In this document: positions 42,105-52,609 of the stretch, one piece after another
How positions within the stretch are numbered: position 1 is the stretch's first letter
How the letters are laid out: each line of letters begins with the position of its first letter
Assembly (NCBI GenBank): GCA_963712875.1
Contig: CAVQJS010000001.1
Span: 57,085 to 121,084 of the forward strand
Direction: 5' to 3'
DNA: 64,000 nucleotides
From: an uncultured Actinomycetota bacterium
Lineage (GTDB): Bacteria > Actinomycetota > Actinomycetes > Propionibacteriales > Nocardioidaceae
Position numbers and translations under genes: made by a program
The notes under the pieces: generated by a model
Told to the model about the DNA's origin: nothing
The model's input: the letters and a program-made list of their open reading frames with translations, nothing else
Databases searched by the model: none

Positions 42105-43164
42105 CGTCAAGACCGCACTCAGGACCCCGTGGTTCTGGGCCGTCGTCGGCATCGCGGTTCTGCTGCTGATCAACTCGATCAAGAACCCGGCCTACCTTGC
42201 GCTCAGTGTCAACCCCACCACCGGGCTGCTGACCGGCAACGTGCTCGACATCCTGCGCGTGTCGGCACCGATCATCATGATCGCGGTCGGCATGACGTTC
42301 GTCATCGCGACAGAGGGAATCGATCTCTCGGTCGGCTCGATGATGGCCGTCGGCGGTGCGGTGGCGATGCAGACGCTCTCCACGATGAGCGACTCGGTCG
42401 GTGCCATGTTCGTGGCGATCGGGCTAGCGCTGGCACTGGCGATCGTGCTCGGTGCTGTCAACGGCCTCCTCGTTGCCGTGGTCGGCCTTCAGCCGTTCAT
42501 CAGCACGCTCATCATGATGCTGGCCGCGCGCGGCATCGCCCGTGTCATCACCGACGGGCAGAACACCAACGCTACGAACGAGCCGTTCCGACAGTTGTCG
42601 AACGGTCAGATTCTCGGTCTTCCGACCAGCTTCGTGATCGCGGTCCTGATCGTCGTCATTATCGCGTTCTTCATGCGGCGCACCGCGCTCGGTCTGATGA
42701 TCGAGTCCATCGGCATCAACCCGCACGCGAGCCGGCTCGTCGGCATCCGTCCCCGTCCCATCCTCTTCGGCGTCTACATCCTGTCCGCCGCCCTCGCGGC
42801 TGTGGGGGGTCTGTTCAGCGTCTCGGAGGTCATGACGGTGAGTGTCTCCGGCACCGGCAACCTCATGGAACTTGACGCGATCCTCGCGGTTGTCATCGGC
42901 GGAACGTCTCTCGCTGGCGGCAAGTTCTCGATCCTGGGCTCGACCATCGGCGCTCTCCTCATCGCGACCCTGAACAAGTCCGTGTTGTTCCTCGGTATCC
43001 CCGCCGCGGCGACGCCCGCGTTCAAGGCGCTCGTCATCATTGTCCTGGTGCTGCTTCAGTCCGAGCGGATCCGGTCGTTCGCCTTTGGACGCGCGAGGTC
43101 CAAGGCAACGCCCCCCGACCCCGCGCTGCCGGCCGCCTCGAAGGAGAAGGAGGTCGTCGCATGA
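42097..43164 (+). CDS. Sugar ABC transporter permease (YtfT-like)
   Basis: GMTFVIATEGIDLSVG and ELDAILAVVIGGTSL motifs. Confidence 0.9.
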   Translation: MGSVKTALRTPWFWAVVGIAVLLLINSIKNPAYLALSVNPTTGLLTGNVLDILRVSAPIIMIAVGMTFVIATEGIDLSVGSMMAVGGAVAMQTLSTMSDSVGAMFVAIGLALALAIVLGAVNGLLVAVVGLQPFISTLIMMLAARGIARVITDGQNTNATNEPFRQLSNGQILGLPTSFVIAVLIVVIIAFFMRRTALGLMIESIGINPHASRLVGIRPRPILFGVYILSAALAAVGGLFSVSEVMTVSVSGTGNLMELDAILAVVIGGTSLAGGKFSILGSTIGALLIATLNKSVLFLGIPAAATPAFKALVIIVLVLLQSERIRSFAFGRARSKATPPDPALPAASKEKEVVA

Positions 43165-44228
43165 GCGCGCATACTCTTGCCGAGTCCGTCCCGCCTGTAC
43201 CTGGACTGCCCGAGACCAGGCAGCCCCAGCAGGTCAGTCGCTTCTGGGTCATGTGGGAGCGCAGCCAGGCGCTGATCCCGACGCTTGCCGCCCTGGTGCT
43301 GCTCTTCGGCATGCTCATCTACGCGGAGATCGCCTACGGCCGCGTGTTCCACTCGGGCACGATGTCGAGTCTGCTTGTGAGCTTCGCGCCGACGATCATC
43401 CTCGCGGTCGGCATGACGTTCGTGATCATCTCCGGCGGCATCGACCTGTCGGTCGGCGCCGTAGTGGCATTCAGCTCCGTGGCCGGCGTGATGCTGATGA
43501 ACATCGGCGTCAGCGGCTGGCTCGTCATGCTGCTGATGATCGTGTTCGGCGCCGTGTTCGGAGTGATCTCGGGCGTCATGATCGAGTACTTCGACGTGCA
43601 GCCCTTCATCGCGACGCTCGCGATGATGTTCCTCGCCCGGGGCCTGGCCTCGATTCTGTCGACCACCCCGGTCATTGCTCCCGAAGACTCCCCGATCCGC
43701 CTGCTCGCCACGGATTGGGAGATTATCGACGGACCGAAGGTGAACGACTTCACAGTCACGCCGGGTCTCATCGTCGCGCTCCTCGTCGTCCTCGGCGGCT
43801 TCTTCTTCATGCACCGCAGCCGTTTGGGCCGCACCGTCTACGCGATCGGCGGCAACGAGTCGTCGGCGCGGTTGATGGGTCTGCCGGTCGCCCGCGCGCG
43901 TATCTGTATCTACGTCGTCTCCGGCGCCCTCGCGGGCCTCGCAGCGATCGTCTATACCGCCGAGGTCGGCGGCAAGGCGCAGAACGTGACCGGCATCGGC
44001 TGGGAGCTCGACGCCATCGCGGCGGTCGTGATCGGCGGCACGCTCCTCACGGGCGGCTACGGCTACGTCCTCGGATCGATCATCGGCGTGTTCGTGCTCG
44101 CGGCGCTGCGCCTCATCATCACGAAGGACGGCACCATCAACCCCGAGTATCTGACCATCATCACTGGTTCGGTGCTGCTCGCCTTCGTGCTCCTCCAGCG
44201 CTTGCTGACGCGTCGGAGGGCGAGCTGA
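43161..44228 (+). CDS. Sugar ABC transporter permease (YjfF-like)
   Basis: GGIDLSVG, YAIGGNE.SARLMGLPV and ELDAIAAVVIGGTLLTGG motifs. Confidence 0.9.
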   Translation: MSAHTLAESVPPVPGLPETRQPQQVSRFWVMWERSQALIPTLAALVLLFGMLIYAEIAYGRVFHSGTMSSLLVSFAPTIILAVGMTFVIISGGIDLSVGAVVAFSSVAGVMLMNIGVSGWLVMLLMIVFGAVFGVISGVMIEYFDVQPFIATLAMMFLARGLASILSTTPVIAPEDSPIRLLATDWEIIDGPKVNDFTVTPGLIVALLVVLGGFFFMHRSRLGRTVYAIGGNESSARLMGLPVARARICIYVVSGALAGLAAIVYTAEVGGKAQNVTGIGWELDAIAAVVIGGTLLTGGYGYVLGSIIGVFVLAALRLIITKDGTINPEYLTIITGSVLLAFVLLQRLLTRRRAS

Positions 44229-44505
44229 TGGCCGACGAGAAGACCAAGGCGGCGACCATCGCTGATACCCGCGACAGTCCGCCGTGTCGTGAGCAACACC
44301 TAGATCGTCGGCTTCGACGACATCCCCGAGGCGGCCTACCTGATCCCGCCCATGACCACTGTCCAGGACTTCCAGACCGTCGGGCAGCACGCTATCGAGA
44401 TTCTGCGCGCCGCACTCGGCCAGGGTCCCGGCTCCTGAACGCCTCATCGGCGCTGAGCTGGTCGTCCGCGCCAGCACTGCAGCGCCCGTCGAAAGGATGC
44501 AGTGA
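44228..44505 (+). pseudogene. Internally deleted LacI regulator
   Basis: MADEKTKAATIAD and a TVRRVVSN HTH trace joined to IVGFDDIPEAAYLIPPMTTV.QDF...ELVVRASTAAP; about 280 bp instead of about 1 kb. Confidence 0.75.
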
Positions 44506-44507
44506 CC

Positions 44508-46245
44508 ATGGCCCACCCTCCCTCCGGTGAGCACTATGTCGTCGGCGTCGACTACGGCACGCTGTCCGGGCGCGCCGTCGTCGTACGCGTGTCGGACGGC
44601 GCCGAGCTCGGCACCGGGGTACACCTCTATCCGCACGCGGTGCTGGAGCGTTCGCTCCCTGCGCACCTCGCGGGCACGGAGCGCCCACTTCCCCCCGAGT
44701 GGGCGCTCCAGGTGCCCGAGGACTACCGCGAGGTGCTGCGCGTCGCCGTGCCCGCCGCGGTGAAGGCAGCGGGCATCGACCCGGCACGACGTCGTCGGGA
44801 TCGCCACCGACTTCACCGCGTGCACGATGGTGCCGGTGCTCCGGGACGGCACCCCTCTCAACGAGGTAGAGGGGTTCGCCGACCGGCCGCACGCCTACGT
44901 CAAGCTCTGGAAGCACCACGCCGCGCAGGGCCAGGCCAACCGTATTAACGAGCTCGCTCGCACCCGCGACGAGAGGTGGCTGCCGCGCTACGGCGGCCTG
45001 ATCTCCTCGGAGTGGGAGTTCGCCAAGGGCCTGGAGCTGTTCGAGGACGACCGTGAGGTCTACGACCGGATGGACCACTGGGTCGAGGCGGCCGACTGGA
45101 TCGTGTGGCAGCTCTGCGGGACGTACGTCCGCAACGCATGCACCGCCGGCTACAAGGGCATCCGCCAGGACGGGGAGTATCCCTCGGCCGGGTTCCTCGG
45201 CGAGCTCTCGCCCGGCTTTGAGACCTTTGTGGCGGACAAGCTCGAGCATGCCATCGGTCAGCTCGGCGACCGTGCCGGTGGGCTCACGGCCGAAGCCGCC
45301 GAATGGACCGGGCTGCCCGAGGGCATCGCCGTGGCCGTCGGCAACGTCGATGCTCACGTGACCGCGCCCGCTGCCCAGGCCGTCGGTCCCGGCCAGATGG
45401 TGGCGATCATGGGCACCTCGACGTGCCACGTGATGAGCGCAGAGGTGCTGCGCGAGGTGCCGGGGATGTGCGGCGTCGTCGACGGCGGCATCGTGTCGGG
45501 CCTGTGGGGCTACGAGGCCGGCCAGAGCGGTGTCGGCGACATCTTCGGCTGGTTCACCGAGCACGGGGTTCCTGCCTACGTCACCGAGGCCGCCGCTGCG
45601 GCGGGTGAGGGCGTGCACGAGCACCTCACCCGGCTCGCCGCCGACCAGGAGATCGGCGAGCACGGCCTCGTCGCCCTCGACTGGCACTCCGGCAACCGGT
45701 CGGTGCTCGTCGACCATGAGCTCTCCGGCATGGTCGTCGGCCAGACGTTGGCCACCCGCGCCGAGGACGTCTACCGCGCGCTCCTCGAGGCCACCGCCTT
45801 CGGCACCCGCGTCATCGTGGAGACCTTCCGCGACAGCGGCGTGCCGGTGGAGGAGTTCATCGTCGCCGGCGGGTTGCAGAAGAACGCCTTGCTGATGCAG
45901 ATCTACTCCGACGTCACCCGGCTGCCGCTGTCGGTCATCGACTCCGAGCAGGGCCCGGCCCTCGGCTCCGCGATCCACGCGGCCGTCGCCGCCGGGGCGT
46001 ACGACGACGTGGCCTCCGCCGCCAAGCAGATGGGCAAGGTCCAGCGCCACGTCTACGTGCCCGGCGAGGCGCGCGCAGCGGCGTACGACGCCCTCTTCGA
46101 GCACTACCTCGCGCTCCACGACCACTTCGGCCGTACGACCACAACGATGCGCCGGCTCAAGGCGATCCGGCGCGACGCCGTTGCGCGTCGGTCGTACGAC
46201 GCGCCTGCAACTGCCATCTCGACTGCCCAGGAGGTGTCGGTATGA
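44508..46245 (+). CDS. araB: L-ribulokinase (indel near 44785)
   Basis: YVVGVDYGTLSGRA, YVKLWKHHAAQ, GNVDAH, IMGTSTCH and LDWHSGNRS motifs. Confidence 0.93.
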
Positions 46246-46922
46246 CGGCCGTCAGTGACGTGACCGACACGATCCTCCAGCTCCGCGCCGAGGTGTGCGC
46301 GTTGCACGAGCAGCTCACCCGCTACCAGCTCGTCGTCTGGACCGCCGGCAACGTGTCAGCGCACGGGTGCCCGGCCACGACCTGCTGGTCATCAAGCCCA
46401 GTGGGGTGGCGTACGACGACCTGACGCCCGACAACATGGTCGTCTGCGACCTCCACGGCCGGGTCGTCGAGGGCGAGCACGCGCCGTCGTCGGACACCGA
46501 GGCGCAGGCCTACGTCTACCGCGAGATGCCGCAGGTCGGGCGGCGTGGTGCACACGCACTCGACGTACGCCGCCGCCTGGGCGATCCGCGGCGAGCCGGT
46601 GCCGTGCGTGCTCACCATGTGTGCCGACGAGTTCGGCGGCGAGATCCCGATCGGCCCGTTCGCGATCATCGGTGACGACTCGATCGGCCGGGGCATCGTC
46701 GACACGCTGCGCGACAGCCGCTCCCCGGCCGTGATCATGCGCAACCACGGGGTCTTCAGCATCGGCCCGACGCCGCGCAAGGCGGTGGCGGCTGCCGTGA
46801 TGTGCGAGGACGTGGCGCGCACGGTGCACATCTCCCGTCAGCTCGGTGAGCCGCTGCCCATCGACCAGCAGCACGTCGACGCCCTGTTCGACCGCTACCA
46901 GAACGTCTACGGCCAGCGCTGA
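46242..46922 (+). CDS. araD: L-ribulose-5-phosphate 4-epimerase (two indels)
   Basis: LVVWTAGNVS, IKPSGV, PSSDT, VVHTHSTYA.AWA and MRNHG motifs. Confidence 0.92.
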
Positions 46923-46991
46923 CCCAGCGCGACAACTCCGCCACGACCGCCACGAGCGGTCACCACTCCACCTGATCCACGAAGGAAGTCC

Positions 46992-48503
46992 ATGAGCATG
47001 ACGTCGACGCCCAAGCCCGAGGTCTGGTTCCTGACCGGCAGCCAGTCCCTCTACGGTCCCGAGACCCTGGACCAGGTCGCGGCACAGTCGCAGGGGATCG
47101 TGGAGCGCCTCGTAGAGGTGGGCGACCTGCCTGTCAGCGTCGTATGGAAGCCGGTCCTGATGGACGCCTCGTCGATCCACCGGCAGATGCTTGACGCCAA
47201 CTCGGATGCGGCGTGCGTCGGCGTCGTGGCGTGGATGCACACCTTCTCCCCGGCCAAGATGTGGATCGCCGGTCTCGACGCGCTGCAGAAGCCGCTGCTG
47301 CACCTCCACACGCAGGCGGGCATGGAGCTGCCGTGGTCGACCATCGACATGGACTTCATGAACCTCAATCAAGCCGCCCACGGCGACCGGGAGTTCGGCT
47401 ACATCCAGTCGCGCCTCGGGGTGCTGCGCAAGACGGTCGCCGGCCACGTCGACTCGCCGCTCGTCGCTCAGCGCATCGGCCACTGGGCCCGCGCCGCGCT
47501 GGGGCTCCAAGAGCTTCGCAGCCTCAAGCTCGCCCGGTTCGGCGACAACATGCGCGACGTCGCGGTCACCGAGGGCGACAAGGTGGAGGCGCAGCGTCGC
47601 TTCGGCGTCTCGGTCAACACCTACGGCGTCAACGACCTCGTCGCGGTGGTCGACGCAATCGGCGACGACGACATCGACAAGCTAGTCACCGAGTACGCCG
47701 ACACCTACCGCGTCGCGCCCGAGCTCCTGCCGGACGGGGGGCGGCACGAGTCGCTGCGCTACGGCGCCCGCATCGAGCTGGGCCTTCGCTCGTTCCTCAC
47801 CAGCGGCGGCTTCAACGCCTTCACGACGAACTTCGAGGACCTCGGCGGCCTGCGCCAGCTCCCCGGCCTGGCCGTGCAGCGGTTGATGGCCGACGGCTTC
47901 GGCTTCGGCGGTGAGGGCGACTGGAAGACGTCGGTCCTGCTGCGCGCGACGAAGGTGATGGGGGAGGGATTGCCCGGCGGCACGTCCTTCATGGAGGACT
48001 ACACTTACCACCTGGTTCCCGGTCGGGAGAAGATCCTCGGCGCCCACATGCTCGAGGTCTGCCCGACCATCACCGCCCAGCAGGCGTCGCTCGAGATCCA
48101 CCCGCTCGCCATCGGCGGTCGCGAGGACCCCGTACGCCTGCGCTTCACCGCGGACCCCGGCCGTGCCGTCGTCGCCGGCCTCTCCGACCTGGGCGACCGC
48201 TTCCGTCTGACCGTCAACGACATCGACGTCGTCGAGCCCGACGAGGACCTGCCCAACCTGCCCGTGGCCTGCGCCGTCTGGGAGCCCCGGCCCTCGCTCT
48301 CGACCTCGGCCGAGTCCTGGCTGATGGCCGGCGCTCCACACCACACCGTGCTGTCGAAGGCCGTCGGCGTCGAAATCCTCGAGGACTTCGCCCAGATGAC
48401 CGGCGTCGAGATGGTCGTGATCGGCGACGACACGACGACGCGAAACTTCCAGCGGGAACTGAGGTGGAACGCGGCGTACCACCGTCTCGCCACCGGTCTC
48501 TGA
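46992..48503 (+). CDS. araA: L-arabinose isomerase
   Basis: [47 protein letters not shown] and GAPHHT motifs. Confidence 0.97.
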   Translation: MSMTSTPKPEVWFLTGSQSLYGPETLDQVAAQSQGIVERLVEVGDLPVSVVWKPVLMDASSIHRQMLDANSDAACVGVVAWMHTFSPAKMWIAGLDALQKPLLHLHTQAGMELPWSTIDMDFMNLNQAAHGDREFGYIQSRLGVLRKTVAGHVDSPLVAQRIGHWARAALGLQELRSLKLARFGDNMRDVAVTEGDKVEAQRRFGVSVNTYGVNDLVAVVDAIGDDDIDKLVTEYADTYRVAPELLPDGGRHESLRYGARIELGLRSFLTSGGFNAFTTNFEDLGGLRQLPGLAVQRLMADGFGFGGEGDWKTSVLLRATKVMGEGLPGGTSFMEDYTYHLVPGREKILGAHMLEVCPTITAQQASLEIHPLAIGGREDPVRLRFTADPGRAVVAGLSDLGDRFRLTVNDIDVVEPDEDLPNLPVACAVWEPRPSLSTSAESWLMAGAPHHTVLSKAVGVEILEDFAQMTGVEMVVIGDDTTTRNFQRELRWNAAYHRLATGL

Positions 48504-48505
48504 GC

Positions 48506-49292
48506 TTGAGCCAAAGGACACAGGACCCTCGGCAAGACCGGCAGGAACGTCTCGGTTGTCGGGCTGGGCACGTGGCAACCCGGCGCCGACCGGGCGAGGT
48601 CAGCGAGAGCGCGCGTGAGGTGCCGGAGGCCTCGGCGGAGTCGGGCGTCAGCTTCTACGACACTGCCGACGTCTACGATAACGGCCGCCGCGAGCGGCTC
48701 GTGGGCGCATTCGTCGCAGCCCACCTGGGCTCACGGTCGCCACCAAGATGGGGCGGCACGAGAAGCAGGTGCCGCAGAACTACGTCGAGGCCGACTTCCG
48801 AACGTGGATCGACCGGTCGCGCACCAACCTCGGCACCGACCCGGCTCGACCTGGTGCAGCTGAACTGCCCGCCGAGCGCAGCCATCGACAGCGACGCGAC
48901 GTACGACGTCCTCGACACCCTCGTCGTCGAGGGCCTGGTCGCCGCCTACGGCATGAGTGTGGAGACCGTCGACCAGGCTCAGGCGGCGGTCGCGCGCCCG
49001 CCCGTCGCGACCGTCTAGATGATCCTGAACGCCTCCGGATGTAGCCCGTCGAGGCCGTGCTCCCGGAGGCCGAGGCGGCGGCATCGGCATCATCGCCCGG
49101 GTGCCCCTCGCCTCGGGCGGGATGTCGGAGAAGTGCCAGGCCGACACCGCAGTTCGCGGCCGACGACCACCGTTCCTATCAACGCGACCCGGGAGCTGTC
49201 CGAGGCGGGCAAGCGGCCGTCACGGCAGCGCGTTCGACGTGGGTGAGACCTTCTCCGGTGTGGACTACGAGGCCGGCGTCGCCGCGTCTTAA
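48506..49292 (+). pseudogene. Decayed aldo/keto reductase
   Basis: RTLGKTGRNVSVVGLGTWQ, FYDTADVY, VATKMGR, LDLVQL.CP, IIARVPLASG and FDVGETFSGVDY fragments; many indels, internal stops and truncation. Confidence 0.8.
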
Positions 49293-49546
49293 GTCAGCAG
49301 CTCGTCGATTCGCCATTGCGTTTACGGGCAAGTGACGGGTGTCACGGATGTTAGCGATCACATCCAGCGATATCAAGGGTCGTCCCCCCGATCGGGCTGG
49401 GAGGCCGACGTCTTGGGCGCTCCGTGCTCCTTCGCTCGGAAGACCGGGTAGCTCTCGACACGTGCTGGCGCCACCCCATGCCGCGCAGGCCCTTCTGGAG
49501 AACTGTCGAGTGTCGCGCAAGTAACCTCGCGGCCGACTCCGCCTAG

Positions 49547-50158
49547 CTAGGCAGGCTCGCGCAACCTGGCCCGTAGCCCGGCGATCAGGGTGTCGACGCT
49601 GAAGGTCCATACGTTCTCATAGTCGGACACGTCGATCGGGACCGCCCGCACCAGCGGGAACGACTCGGCCGGAAGGTCGTCCACCTGGGTCTCGAGCATC
49701 TCGCCGCGCGCCACCATGCTGCTCTCCGTGCCGATCATCAGCGCTAGGTACGAGGTCGTCTTGATCGCCGCGAAGGCGTCGGCGGGACCGAAGCCGGCTT
49801 CCCCCAGCGCGGCCAACGCGACCTCGAAGGACGCGGTCGCCCGGGCTCCCTGGACCGGGCGCTGCTGCAGGGCGTGGAACGCGCCGGGATGCGTCGCCGC
49901 GATGGCGACCACGGCACCGGTGAACTCTCGGACCCACGCGTCCCAGGCGATCGGGCCGGTCGGCAACTTTGCCTCGTCGAGCAGCAGTTCGACGATCCCG
50001 TCGGTGACGGCGTCCCGCGTCGGCACGTGGTTGTAGAGCGAGGTGACGTGGACGCCGAGCTCGCCGGCGATCTTGCGGAGCGTGACAGCGTCCGGGCCGT
50101 CCCGGTCCGCAAGGCGCACCGCGGTCTGCAGGATCCGCTCCCGCGTCAACGCTGCCAT
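49547..50158 (-). CDS. TetR family regulator (TetR_C type)
   Basis: LTRERIL..AV.LADRDG..AVTLRKIAGELGV..TSLYNHV HTH. Confidence 0.92.
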   Translation of the reverse strand: MAALTRERILQTAVRLADRDGPDAVTLRKIAGELGVHVTSLYNHVPTRDAVTDGIVELLLDEAKLPTGPIAWDAWVREFTGAVVAIAATHPGAFHALQQRPVQGARATASFEVALAALGEAGFGPADAFAAIKTTSYLALMIGTESSMVARGEMLETQVDDLPAESFPLVRAVPIDVSDYENVWTFSVDTLIAGLRARLREPA

Positions 50159-50172
50159 GCTCACCTCTTCTC

Positions 50173-50219
50173 TTGACAAACCTACAGCGTAGGTTAGACC
50201 ATGACCTACACCGTAGGTC
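50173..50219. promoter_or_regulatory. Divergent promoter with two TetR-type operators
   Basis: TTGACA at 50173; palindromes AACCTACAGCGTAGGTT (50179-50195) and GACCTACACCGTAGGTC (50203-50219). Confidence 0.8.
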
Positions 50220-50249
50220 GACGCCGGCTCGCCCGGCCAAGGAGGAACA

Positions 50250-51653
50250 GTGTCTTACACCCAGGCCCAACTAGAGAACAAGCTCGCCGAGCTCATCGAC
50301 AGCCACAACGTCCCCGGAGCCCAGCTCGCCGTTCTCGACGGCGACACCATCACCGAAGTCGCCGCCGGCGTGCTCAGCGTCCGCACCGGCTCTCCCGTCA
50401 CCACCGACGCCCTATTCCTCCCGGGCTCCATCGGCAAGCTCTACACCGCCACCCTGGTGCTGATGCTCGCCGACGAGGGCCTCATCGACCTCGACGAGCC
50501 GGTGCGCAGCTACCTCCCCGACTTCGACGTCCGCGACGAGCACGCCCGCGACACCGTCACGGTCCGCAACCTGCTCACCCACACCAGCGGCTTCGACGGC
50601 GACGTCTTCATCGACACCGGTCGCGGCGACGACGCGCTGGAGCGCTACATCACGGAGATCGCCGACCTGCCGCAGATCTGCGAGCCCGGCAAGATCTGGA
50701 GCTACAGCAACAGCGGATTCTCGGTCCTCGGCCGGCTGATAGAGGTCGTCTGGGACACGATCTACGAGACCGCGCTGCGCGACCGGCTGCTCGCTCCGCT
50801 CGGCCTGGAGCACTCGGTGGTCTTCCCCGAGGACGTCATCCCGCACCCGAACGCCGTCGGCCACGTGCCCGACCCCGAGGACCCGGAGTCCTACGTGGTC
50901 AGCCCGATCTGGGGGCTGTACCGCTCCTGCGGCCCGATGGGCGCGTCGCTGGTCGCCAGTGCGGGTGACGTGCTCCGGTTCGCCCTGCTACACCTCGACG
51001 GTGGCGTCGCCGCCGACGGCACCCGGCTGCTCTCGGCCGAGCGGGTCACCGCCGCCCAGGTTCCTCAGATCGCGATGGTCGACGACACCGTCCTCGGTGA
51101 GGCCTGGGGCCTCGGCTGGATCCTGGACCACTTCGGCGACGTCGCTGTCATCGGCCACGACGGGAACTCGATCGGGCAGAACGCCTTCATGCGGGTGGCG
51201 CCCGAGCAGCGCTTCGGCTTCTGCCTGCAGACCAACGTCGAGAGCGCCTTGTCGATGTACCGCGAGCTCGCCGCGTGGCTCTTCGAGGAGCAGCTCGACG
51301 TCGCACCGCGCCAGGACCCGGCGGTGCTCGCCTCGCCGGCGGTCGCCGACCCGAGCCGGTACGTCGGCACCTACCAGCGCGAGGGCCTGAACTTCACGAT
51401 CGGCCAGGCCGAGGACGGATCCCTGACCGCGACCATCGATGCCTTCCACGCCGCCGCGGAGATGCAGGACCTGCCCCCCATGGACGATCTTCCGCTGGTT
51501 CCCGTGGAGAGAGAGCAGTCATTCCTGCTGAAGCTCCCGATCAGTGACAGCGACCTACTCGCCGTCTTCTTCAACCCCGACGACGAGCCGGCCGCGCCGA
51601 CATACCTGCACTTCGGCGGTAGAGCCCACAAACGGATCGGCGCCCAGATGTGA
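50250..51653 (+). CDS. Serine hydrolase, beta-lactamase/AmpC-like family (no signal peptide)
   Basis: SxxK (GSIGK), LLTHTSG, YSN and GHDG motifs. Confidence 0.88.
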   Translation: MSYTQAQLENKLAELIDSHNVPGAQLAVLDGDTITEVAAGVLSVRTGSPVTTDALFLPGSIGKLYTATLVLMLADEGLIDLDEPVRSYLPDFDVRDEHARDTVTVRNLLTHTSGFDGDVFIDTGRGDDALERYITEIADLPQICEPGKIWSYSNSGFSVLGRLIEVVWDTIYETALRDRLLAPLGLEHSVVFPEDVIPHPNAVGHVPDPEDPESYVVSPIWGLYRSCGPMGASLVASAGDVLRFALLHLDGGVAADGTRLLSAERVTAAQVPQIAMVDDTVLGEAWGLGWILDHFGDVAVIGHDGNSIGQNAFMRVAPEQRFGFCLQTNVESALSMYRELAAWLFEEQLDVAPRQDPAVLASPAVADPSRYVGTYQREGLNFTIGQAEDGSLTATIDAFHAAAEMQDLPPMDDLPLVPVEREQSFLLKLPISDSDLLAVFFNPDDEPAAPTYLHFGGRAHKRIGAQM

Positions 51654-51741
51654 TGCCCAGGCATGTTGTGCCATCGGGCACGGCGAAGCCGTAGATGGAG
51701 TGATCATGGTTCGTGGCGGGCGCAGCGAACGGAGGCACGTC

Positions 51742-52500
51742 ATGACGACGCAGGAAGGACGCCGCACGCCGGTGATTGCGGTGTTCGGAAGCAATGAGGA
51801 ACCGACCCTCGAGCCCTCCGAGCGGATCGGGAGGGAGGTGGCTGCCACAGGGTGTGTGCTGCTCACCGGCGGCGGCGTCCGGCTCGACCAGGGCCAGGTC
51901 AAGGAGCGGGCCATGAGGGGCGCGCGCGATGCGGAGTCGAAGGACGCGGCTGCCTGGCGCATCGGCGTGCTCGGGGTGGAGTCAGCGGACGTTGCCTTCA
52001 CGGCGGAGGGTTCGCGGGCCATCCTCGAGCCCAACCTGGGCGATGGCCGCAACTACCTCAACGCCGCGATGTGTGACGTCGCGATTGCACTTCCCGGAGG
52101 CGACGGCACGAAGTCCGAGGTCGCCTTCGCCCTCGCACTCGGCCGGCCCGTCGTGCTCGTCGGCTCGGCGTGGGACACGGTGTTCCCGCCCGGCGAGGAC
52201 CGCGAGGCCCGCGAGGCCCTGATCGAGTCGGCGAAGAATCGAGTTGAGGGAGACCACGGCACGGCCCTGGGCGTCCTGGTCGCCCAGGCGTACGACGATC
52301 TCCTGGAGGCCGACGTGCGCGTCGAGCGCTACGAGCTCGACCATCCTGCCGCCGAGATCGTGGCCGCTGCGCGCGGCCTCGCCGGCGATGATGATGCCGG
52401 CCTCGTGGGCGACCTCCCGATGCTCACGGACCGTCCCGACCTCGACCCGCTGGCCGACCAGTATCGGGACTGGCTGGCGGGAGTCGATCGTGACCGCTGA
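51742..52500 (+). CDS. SLOG/LOG-superfamily protein with C-terminal extension
   Basis: IAVFGS, LLTGGG, GRNYLN...DVAIALPGGDGTKSEV..AL..GRPVV motifs. Confidence 0.75.
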   Translation: MTTQEGRRTPVIAVFGSNEEPTLEPSERIGREVAATGCVLLTGGGVRLDQGQVKERAMRGARDAESKDAAAWRIGVLGVESADVAFTAEGSRAILEPNLGDGRNYLNAAMCDVAIALPGGDGTKSEVAFALALGRPVVLVGSAWDTVFPPGEDREAREALIESAKNRVEGDHGTALGVLVAQAYDDLLEADVRVERYELDHPAAEIVAAARGLAGDDDAGLVGDLPMLTDRPDLDPLADQYRDWLAGVDRDR

Positions 52501-52532
52501 AACCCCGGCTTGATCGAGATCGGGACCGCCAC

Positions 52533-52556
52533 GTTCGAACCCGGTGTCGCCCACCA
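52533..52556 (+). repeat. Degenerate copy of tRNA-Val 3' end (att-like)
   Basis: GTTCGAACCCGGTGTCGCCCACCA vs tRNA GTTCGAACCCAGTATCGCCCACCG; intergenic. Confidence 0.7.
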
Positions 52557-52609
52557 CTCTGGCACGATGGCCGACGCGAGGGCGGAAGGCCCTCCGCCGA
52601 AGGGACGCG

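Larger units (their letters stand above)
37387..52556. mobile_element. Decayed genomic island integrated at tRNA-Val (~15.2 kb)
   Basis: Direct repeat 37387-37409 vs 52533-52555 (21/23 identical), possible integrase vestige, arm-like repeats, internal pseudogenes. Confidence 0.65.

Noticed and set aside
44508-46922. araB and araD as pseudogenes
   Set aside because: Only isolated single-base indels with intact motifs, matching the assembly error pattern, unlike the LacI and AKR relics
50250-51653. True beta-lactamase
   Set aside because: No signal peptide, and the family contains many esterases and amidases
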